The notes below the pieces were generated by a model. That model did no database searches, was not told the origin of the DNA, and worked only from the letters and a program-made list of their open reading frames with translations. A stretch of 64,000 nt of DNA from Thermoanaerobaculia bacterium (GTDB taxonomy: Bacteria; Acidobacteriota; Thermoanaerobaculia; Multivoradales; UBA5704). The stretch spans positions 28,036-92,035 of the forward strand of contig JBIOVX010000147.1 in the NCBI GenBank assembly GCA_044868005.1, written 5' to 3'. Positions 57,655 to 64,000 of the stretch are shown here, piece by piece (positions within the stretch are counted from its first letter, which is position 1; the number at the start of each line of letters is the position of its first letter). The position numbers and the translations under genes were made by a program.

Positions 57655-58340
57655 CGCAGGTCGCGGGCGACCAGCACCGTCCACAGGCTGTAGGCGCCGA
57701 TGGTCAATCCTGTCGCCGCTTGCAGCAGGAAGGGCGAGGGAACGAACCCCGCGGCCGCCAGGGCGAAGCCGGAGATGACGGCGACCCAGCCCACAAGGAG
57801 CGTCGAGGTTCGAGCCATGTCGCGAAGACAGAGGTTCATCAGCAGCACCCCGAGGGTATAAAGGCCGTTGGCGACAGCTAGACCGCCGATCGTTACGAGC
57901 TGCTCGAAAGCGAGAAAGATGGCCCGCGACGATTCGGCCGCCGCGACCGGCAACGTCCGGATCTGAAGCACGTCGCAGAACAGATCGGCCGTCATACCCA
58001 CGATCGTGAAGCTGAGGGCGAGCTTTCCGGTGACCGGATTACCAGGCAGCCGGCTCCGTAGAGCGGTCATGAAGCCCACGAGGACCACCGCGCAGAGCAT
58101 CCAGATTCCCCAGCCCCATTTCCACGCCGGCGGCTGGCTCGCCAGATAGGCCATGCGATCAGCAAGAGGAATGATGGTGCTGCCGGGCCGGAGGCCAATC
58201 CAGGCCATGACGAGGCCTAAGGCGTGGAGGGCGACGTTCAGCCAAGCCAACGCCAGGAGAGCGCCGCCCTTCGAGATCGTGGAGCGGGATTTCAGCGTGG
58301 GCGTCTCACTCGAGGTTGTCGATCGCTGCCCAGAGCGCAT
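57651..58340 (-). CDS. polytopic membrane protein of unknown function
   Basis: Six predicted TM helices. Coupled to the dehydrogenase-like gene. ATG 58340 overlaps the Uma2-like gene's 3' end by 35 nt, so the start is uncertain. Confidence 0.65.
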   Translation of the reverse strand: MRSGQRSTTSSETPTLKSRSTISKGGALLALAWLNVALHALGLVMAWIGLRPGSTIIPLADRMAYLASQPPAWKWGWGIWMLCAVVLVGFMTALRSRLPGNPVTGKLALSFTIVGMTADLFCDVLQIRTLPVAAAESSRAIFLAFEQLVTIGGLAVANGLYTLGVLLMNLCLRDMARTSTLLVGWVAVISGFALAAAGFVPSPFLLQAATGLTIGAYSLWTVLVARDLR

Positions 58341-58896
58341 CGAGGTCGAGTGTCAGTCCCTCACAGCCCGGGATCTCCCGCAACGTACCGGTACTGGCTC
58401 CCAGGACGTGGAGGTAGAGACCTTTAGGATCGAGCTGGAGGATCTCCAGGCTGCGCAGTTGCGGATCGAGGAGCCAGTACCAGGCCACTCCGAAAGCCGC
58501 ATAGTCCGCCATCTTTTCCACTCGATCGCGACGGCCGTCGCGGGGCGTCGGCGAAACGATCTCGATAGCGATATCGGGCGGGACGCGGATCAAGCCGCGC
58601 GCAGGCGGCCTGCGGCCACTTGGCAAGTAGACGCTGAGATCGGGTTTCCTGCCGCGCCGGGAACCGACTGCGAACTTCGCATCGGAGCCGGCCACCAAGC
58701 CGCCACGCGGAAAGATCCAGTTGCCGAGAGCCTGCCCCAGAAGCATAACCAGGAGCTCGTGAAGATAATCGGACACCTCCTCCTCCTCCAGGCGACCGTC
58801 CACGAGCTCGCCAGGCTCGTCCTCCGGAAGCGCATACCAGTCGTCGAGCGAAAGCTCAGGCGCGGCAGGCGACTCGGCGAACGTCCTCTGACTCAT
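58306..58896 (-). CDS. Uma2 (DUF820) family PD-(D/E)xK endonuclease-like protein
   Basis: …LVDGRLEEEEV…KPDLSVYL…PPDIAIEIVSP…DRVEKMADYAAFGVAWYWLLDP…. Confidence 0.8.
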   Translation of the reverse strand: MSQRTFAESPAAPELSLDDWYALPEDEPGELVDGRLEEEEVSDYLHELLVMLLGQALGNWIFPRGGLVAGSDAKFAVGSRRGRKPDLSVYLPSGRRPPARGLIRVPPDIAIEIVSPTPRDGRRDRVEKMADYAAFGVAWYWLLDPQLRSLEILQLDPKGLYLHVLGASTGTLREIPGCEGLTLDLDALWAAIDNLE

Positions 58897-58920
58897 AAAA
58901 CGATATGGTATCACCGCGTC

Positions 58921-59676
58921 ATGGTCTCCCCTCGGATCTGCTTCCTCGGCGGCAACGGCCATTGCACCGCCCGTCTCGCGATGGCCCGCTGGTTTCTTGA
59001 CGGAATCGATCTCGACGAGGTCCCCTATCCCGGCTTCGAGGACAGGCCACGGGCAGCCGGCTTCGATGAGTTCCTGGACGCGATCTCCCGCCACCTGCGG
59101 TCAGCCACACCTGCGATGATCTACGCGACCGGCGTTGGCGGTCTCGTCGCGCTCAGCCTGCGAGCGCGCGGCGAGCTGGCCGCGACGCCGATCGTGTTGC
59201 AGGCGCCGATTCTCTGGGGCTTGGAGCATCGCTGGATGCCCAGGCTGATGCGGCTCCGTCCGGCTCGAGCGGCTCTGCGAAAGGCCTTTGCCACGCCCGC
59301 GTTCCAGCGGCGATTTCTTCGCAGGTATTTCACCCGCCCGCTGGAGGCGGAGACGGCCGCCGCCTTCTTCGACGGCTATGCTCGGTGCACGGCGGCGCCC
59401 GACTTCTTCGCCTGGTTCAATCCCGCGCTGCTCCGCTCCCTGGAGCGGTACCTGGCGGCGCGGCCGGCCGCTCTGGAGCGGATCGAGGTCTGGTGGGGCG
59501 GGCGGGACCGGGTGGTCACCCTGCGCGAGCTCGAGTGGACGAAGCAGGCGCTCGGGCTCGCGGACCGCTGGCCGCTGCGGATCTTCTCGGGCTGGGGGCA
59601 TTACCCGATGATCGACGATCCCGCATCCTGGGCGAGCGCGATTACAGATGCCGTGGCGAACGCTGGCGCGGTTTAG
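58921..59676 (+). CDS. alpha/beta-hydrolase-fold protein lacking the nucleophile serine
   Basis: Fold motifs ICFLGGNGH…, C-terminal GWGHYPMIDDP. At the G-x-S-x-G elbow the sequence is A-T-G-V-G-G. Confidence 0.75.
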   Translation: MVSPRICFLGGNGHCTARLAMARWFLDGIDLDEVPYPGFEDRPRAAGFDEFLDAISRHLRSATPAMIYATGVGGLVALSLRARGELAATPIVLQAPILWGLEHRWMPRLMRLRPARAALRKAFATPAFQRRFLRRYFTRPLEAETAAAFFDGYARCTAAPDFFAWFNPALLRSLERYLAARPAALERIEVWWGGRDRVVTLRELEWTKQALGLADRWPLRIFSGWGHYPMIDDPASWASAITDAVANAGAV

Positions 59677-61690
59677 GGACCCATCGGTCCCCAAGCTCGA
59701 CAATCTCCGCCGTGCGGCGGAGGCCGGTCTGCGCGTCCCCGAAACCTGGTGGATGCCTGCGGACGAAGCCGAGCGACTCAATGCCGGAGCGCCGCTCAGC
59801 GGTCCGCTGATCATCCGCTCCGGCTCGCCGACGGAGGACACCCAGACCACCTCCAACGCCGGCCAGCTCCTCTCGCTCGCCGTCCGCGAGCTGGCGGCGT
59901 TCGACGAATCCCTCGCCAGAGTCGTCGCGGCACTGCCCCGCGACGATCGTGGAGCGCCGCGCGGCGCCGTTTTCGTCCAGCCTCTGATCGCGGCGGAGGA
60001 GGCGGGCGTCGCCTTCTTCGACGGCTTCTACTGGGAGCGCACCACCGCAGCCGGGGGCAACGAAGAGCTGACCTCCGGCCAGACCCGCGGCGAGGTGAGG
60101 CGCGGTCATCTGGCTCGGCAGGACCCGTGGTCGGACTGGCTCGCCGCGGTTCATAGGCCTTTCCTTAGCGACGTACCGCGCATCGACGTCGAGTTCGCCC
60201 GCGACGGCGCCGGCTGGGTCCTGCTCCAGGTGCGGCCGGCCCTCTTCCCGATCGTTCGTAACGAGACCCTCTCGCTCGCCAACCATCGCGAGATCCTCGG
60301 CGATCCGCCGAGCCCGTGGATCGCCTCCGCGCTCGTCGCGGCAGGCAGCGAGGTGCTCTCCTTCTTCACCGCGGCCGATCCGGAGATCGCGGAGTGGGAG
60401 GAGGCCTACGCGATCGGCTTGGCCGAGCGGGCGTGGATGAACTTCTCCTTCTTCTTCCGCCTCATGGACCACTGGGGTCTGCCGCGGACGTTCCTGACGG
60501 AAGGAGTCGGCGGCGAAGGGGGAGGACCGGCGGACCGGCGGCTCCTCTTTCGAAGGTTCGTCCGCAAGTCCCCGCGCCTCGTATGGCTCCAGCTCCGGAA
60601 TCTGATGACGATGGTGCGAGCCAGGCGGGAATTGAGCGAGCTCGATCGGCGGCTCGCCGCGGCCTCAGGCCTCGCGGATCTTCATCAGATCACCACGGAA
60701 GGCCTCGCCCTTGCGCTCCGCACCAACTTCGCCATCGGGGGCGCTCTCACCGGCGTCTCGCGGGTGCGGCGCTTTCTGGGCGTCCGCGGTCAGGCGCGGG
60801 TGGTCACGAAGGAGATGATGGAAGCCTACGGCCGCCTCTCTACGGTTGAGCCCGCCACCCGAGAAGCCGCCCTCGACGAGTGGCTCGCCCGCTACGGCCA
60901 TCGCGGACCGCTGGAGAGCGATCCCATCTACCCCCGCTTTGCCGAGCTGCGGGACGTGCTGCTGCAGGACTTGGCCAGCTCCAGTCAGAACGTAGGGGCG
61001 GGGCTTGTCCCCGCCCGGAAAGAGGCGGCCTCTCGCCTCTGGTTCCGCATCGACGAGATCCGCGAGAAATTCCGGGATGAGCTGATGCGGCGCTGGCAGC
61101 GACTACGGGCCGCCATCCTCGAAGAGAGCCGCCGTCTCGTCACAACAGGCGACTTGGAGACCCCTGAGGACGTCTTCTGGCTGCGAGGCGACGACCTGCG
61201 AGGCGGTTCACTCCGGGAGGCCGCGGCGGCCGGACGCGCCCGGGTCATTCACGCTTCATCACTCAACCTGCCGCTCACCTCCTCCCGGGAGGAAATCGAG
61301 CGCGTCGTCGCCAGGTCCGAACAGATCCAAGCCGAAGCGTCCGGCCGCCGGGTCTTCCCCGGAATCGCGCTCAGCCCCGCCGTCGTCGAAGGCCGGGCCG
61401 TCAAGGCGGATAACCTGGTCTCCCTCCTTGGCCGGTCTGGAGATCTCGGTCCGGACGCAATCCTCGTCGTCTCCGCCCTGGAGCCCTCCTGGGCGGTGGT
61501 CTTTCCGCGGGTCGGCGGTGTGGTCGCAGAGATCGGCGGCGAGCTGAGCCACGCCTCGATCCTTCTCCGCGAGGCCCACCGGCCCGCCATCGTCAACTGC
61601 GCGGGGATCTGGCGGGCGGTGTCGACGGGGGACCGGCTGCGGTTGGATGGTGCGCGAGCGCTGGTAGAGATTGCGGCACCGGTTCCGTAG
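59648..61690 (+). CDS. PEP-utilising-enzyme family protein (PPDK_N-type ATP-grasp plus swivel phospho-His domain, no PEP/pyruvate TIM barrel)
   Basis: …LIIRSGSPTEDTQTTSNAGQLLS… N-terminal domain. C-terminal …EIGGELSHASILLREAHRPAIV… mobile-domain His. Overlaps the preceding gene by 29 nt. Confidence 0.8.
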   Translation: MPWRTLARFRDPSVPKLDNLRRAAEAGLRVPETWWMPADEAERLNAGAPLSGPLIIRSGSPTEDTQTTSNAGQLLSLAVRELAAFDESLARVVAALPRDDRGAPRGAVFVQPLIAAEEAGVAFFDGFYWERTTAAGGNEELTSGQTRGEVRRGHLARQDPWSDWLAAVHRPFLSDVPRIDVEFARDGAGWVLLQVRPALFPIVRNETLSLANHREILGDPPSPWIASALVAAGSEVLSFFTAADPEIAEWEEAYAIGLAERAWMNFSFFFRLMDHWGLPRTFLTEGVGGEGGGPADRRLLFRRFVRKSPRLVWLQLRNLMTMVRARRELSELDRRLAAASGLADLHQITTEGLALALRTNFAIGGALTGVSRVRRFLGVRGQARVVTKEMMEAYGRLSTVEPATREAALDEWLARYGHRGPLESDPIYPRFAELRDVLLQDLASSSQNVGAGLVPARKEAASRLWFRIDEIREKFRDELMRRWQRLRAAILEESRRLVTTGDLETPEDVFWLRGDDLRGGSLREAAAAGRARVIHASSLNLPLTSSREEIERVVARSEQIQAEASGRRVFPGIALSPAVVEGRAVKADNLVSLLGRSGDLGPDAILVVSALEPSWAVVFPRVGGVVAEIGGELSHASILLREAHRPAIVNCAGIWRAVSTGDRLRLDGARALVEIAAPVP

Positions 61691-61748
61691 AGACGAGGAG
61701 TTTCCAGGCGCGCTTTTTGCTTCATTTCCAGAAGTCCCGCACGAAACC

Positions 61749-63920
61749 ATGGGCTCGCTGACCTCCATCGCCGCCAGATTCGACCCTGACGACTCGACGT
61801 CGCCGGAGGTCGAATCCCTTTTCAACTCCCGCGAACAGAAGGCGCCTCCCGCGCTCGCCGCCTCCTGGAACGCCGACTCGACCGTGGACGCGCGGCTCCG
61901 GCTGCTCATCGAGCCGATGCCGGCGACCGTCTGGACGACGGACCGCGAGCTGCGGTTCACCTCCGGCGTGGGGGCGGGCAACACCTCCTTCGGGCTGCTG
62001 GCGAAGCCGGGCACCAGCCTCTTCGACCACTACGGCACCTGCGATCCGGAGGCCCTGCCTATCCGCGCCCACCGCCTGGCATTGGGCGGCGAGTCGGTGA
62101 GCTTCGAGCAGCCCTGGCACGACCGCACCTTCCAGACCCGCGTCGAGCCGCTGCGCGCCGAGGATGGGGAAATCACGGGCTGCATCGCCATCGCCGTCGA
62201 CATCACCGATCGCCGGCAGGCCGAGGAGGACCTGCAGCGGGAAAAGGAGCGCGCCCAGGTGACCCTCGCCTCGATCGGCGACGGCGTCATCCGCACCGAC
62301 GCCGAAGGGAGGATCGATTACCTGAATCCCGTCGCCGAGCGGCTGACCGGCTGGCGCGCCGCGGAGGCGATCGGCTGCACCCTTCCCGAGGTCTTCCAGC
62401 TCGTGGACGAGATCACCCGCCAGCCGCTGGCGAGCCCCGTGGCCCGCTGCCTGGACGAGACGCGGGTGGTCGAGTCCCCCGGATACGCCCTGCTGCTGAG
62501 CAAGGACGGCCAGGAGTACGCGGTGCGCGACTCGGCGGCGCCCATCAGCGGCCGCGACGGCGCCTCGCTCGGCGCCGTGCTGGTGTTCAAGGACGTCAGC
62601 CAGCTCCGCGGCATGGAGCGCGAGATGGTCTACCTCGCCAGCCACGATGCGCTGACCGGGCTGATCAACCGCCGCGAGTTCGAGGCCCGCCTGAAACAGG
62701 CCATCCGCAACGCCCGCGTCGAGCAGCGGCAGCACGTCCTGCTCTACCTCGACCTCGACGAGTTCAAGGTCGTCAACGACACCTCCGGGCACCTCGCCGG
62801 CGACGAGATGCTCAAGCAGGTCACCGCGCTGCTGCGCCCCCGGGTTCGGCGCAGCGACGTCCTGGCCCGGCTAGGGGGCGACGAGTTCGGCGTCCTCCTC
62901 GAGGACTGCCCGCTCGACCACGCGCGGCAGATCGCCGAAGAGATGCGGCGCACCGTGCGCGAGTTCCGCTTCTGCTGGCGGGACCAGATCTTCGAGGTCG
63001 GCGTCTCCATCGGCCTCGTGCCCGTCGACGCCGACAGCGCCGATCTCGGCGGCGTGCTCTCCGCCGCGGATGCGGCCTGCTACGTGGCCAAGGATAGCGG
63101 CCGCAACCGCGTGCATGAGTACGAGTTGGACGACACCGCGGTGACCGAGCGCCAGGGCGAGATGCAGTGGATCCACCGCATCCACCGCGCCTTCGAGGAC
63201 CGCCGCTTCCGCCTCTTCTACCAGCTCATCCAGCCCCTGAAAGCGGAGACCCCGCCGGGCGAGAGGCTCTGCGAGGTCTTCCTCCGCATGCTCGACCGCA
63301 ACGGCCAGATCCTCGAGCCCACCGCCTTCATCGCCGCCGCGGAGCGCTATCACCTCATCTCCTCGCTCGACCGCTGGGTATTGAAGACCGCCTTCGCAGC
63401 TCTCGCCGAGGCGCAGCGAGGCGAGGGCGAGGGCGTTCCCGTCCTCTTCGCCATCAACGTCTCCGGCCAGTCGATCGGCGAGGAGGGGTTCCTCAGCTAC
63501 GTCGTCGAGCAGCTCGAGAAGAGCGGCGTGGACGCCCGGCGCGTCTGCTTCGAGATCACCGAGACCGCCGCCATCAGCAAGCTCGGCAGCGCCATGCGCT
63601 TCATCTCCGCGCTGCGCAAGAAAGGCTGCCGCTTCATCCTCGACGACTTCGGCAGCGGCCTCTCCTCCTTCGCCTACCTGCGCGACCTGCAGGTCGATTT
63701 CCTGAAGATCGACGGCGAGTTCGTGCAGAACATGATGGAGGACCGCGTCAAACGGGCCATGGTGGAGTCGATCCACCAGATCGGCCACGTCATGGGCCTG
63801 CAGACGATCGCCGAATGGGTGGAGAACCGCCAGACCCTGGAGGCGCTGAAGGAGCTCGGCGTGGACTACGCCCAGGGGTACTGGCTGTGCAGGCCACAGC
63901 CGCTGGTGCACGACGTATAG
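61749..63920 (+). CDS. PAS-PAS-GGDEF-EAL c-di-GMP signalling protein
   Basis: RLGGDEFGVLL (GGDEF). EAL-domain motifs EVFLRM, CFEITE, DDFGSGLSSFAYL, KIDGEFV, EWVE, QGY. Two PAS-like segments upstream. Confidence 0.9.
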   Translation: MGSLTSIAARFDPDDSTSPEVESLFNSREQKAPPALAASWNADSTVDARLRLLIEPMPATVWTTDRELRFTSGVGAGNTSFGLLAKPGTSLFDHYGTCDPEALPIRAHRLALGGESVSFEQPWHDRTFQTRVEPLRAEDGEITGCIAIAVDITDRRQAEEDLQREKERAQVTLASIGDGVIRTDAEGRIDYLNPVAERLTGWRAAEAIGCTLPEVFQLVDEITRQPLASPVARCLDETRVVESPGYALLLSKDGQEYAVRDSAAPISGRDGASLGAVLVFKDVSQLRGMEREMVYLASHDALTGLINRREFEARLKQAIRNARVEQRQHVLLYLDLDEFKVVNDTSGHLAGDEMLKQVTALLRPRVRRSDVLARLGGDEFGVLLEDCPLDHARQIAEEMRRTVREFRFCWRDQIFEVGVSIGLVPVDADSADLGGVLSAADAACYVAKDSGRNRVHEYELDDTAVTERQGEMQWIHRIHRAFEDRRFRLFYQLIQPLKAETPPGERLCEVFLRMLDRNGQILEPTAFIAAAERYHLISSLDRWVLKTAFAALAEAQRGEGEGVPVLFAINVSGQSIGEEGFLSYVVEQLEKSGVDARRVCFEITETAAISKLGSAMRFISALRKKGCRFILDDFGSGLSSFAYLRDLQVDFLKIDGEFVQNMMEDRVKRAMVESIHQIGHVMGLQTIAEWVENRQTLEALKELGVDYAQGYWLCRPQPLVHDV

Positions 63921-63967
63921 AGTGGCGAACTCCGGACCGGCCTGCCCTCCGAAACCTCACCCCCTGA

Positions 63968-63996
63968 CCCCCTCTCCAGCGAAGCTGGAGAGGGGG
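63968..63996 (+). terminator. hairpin CCCCCTCTCCAGC-gaa-GCTGGAGAGGGGG
   Basis: Perfect 13-bp stem about 50 nt after the GGDEF-EAL stop. No clear U-tract visible before the window ends. Confidence 0.6.
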
Positions 63997-64000
63997 ACGA

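Overview
High-GC bacterial chromosomal window. The gene content (Rieske/cyt b with a multihaem c, bacillithiol genes, PD40/Omp85 proteins) looks Acidobacteriota-like, but that is inference only. About 60 tightly packed genes, many translationally coupled through ATGA/GTGA/TTGA overlaps. Most long ORFs on the opposite strand are high-GC shadow ORFs.

Recognisable core content:
- Respiration: split Rieske/cytochrome b operon with an octahaem cytochrome c and an amicyanin-like copper lipoprotein; hemF.
- Purine synthesis: purS-purQ-purL-purF.
- DNA functions: dprA and topA.
- Bacillithiol: bshC-bshB1-bshA behind a SAM methyltransferase.
- Other housekeeping: hutI, FKBP isomerase, dus, yigZ, yidD, srkA, a cysteine-synthase-family gene, tamA-tamB.
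- Signalling: a PAS-GGDEF-EAL protein.
- RNA: one tmRNA gene (ssrA, tag ANDNFALAA).

Accessory or odd content:
- An exactly 21-bp-phased tandem array (18 units, palindromic ACCGCGGT core) between a membrane-protein gene and ssrA. It runs into that gene's 3' end, with an in-frame TGA.
- A three-gene envelope module: TPR lipoprotein, secreted protein, and a fusion of HExxH peptidase-like domain, PD40 propeller and Omp85-like barrel.
- Two paralogous ZAS-zinc-finger/TPR proteins flanking a small secreted peptide.
- A retropepsin two-gene cassette, and an Rpn/YhgA-like nuclease gene inserted between dprA and topA.
- Decayed antitoxin-like genes.
- Several families of dispersed GC-rich hairpin repeats, including a 25-nt exact inverted match between the tamB start region and a distant intergenic hairpin.

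No CRISPR array, rRNA, tRNA, integrase or transposase was seen. All homology calls rest on motifs recognised by eye, not on searches.
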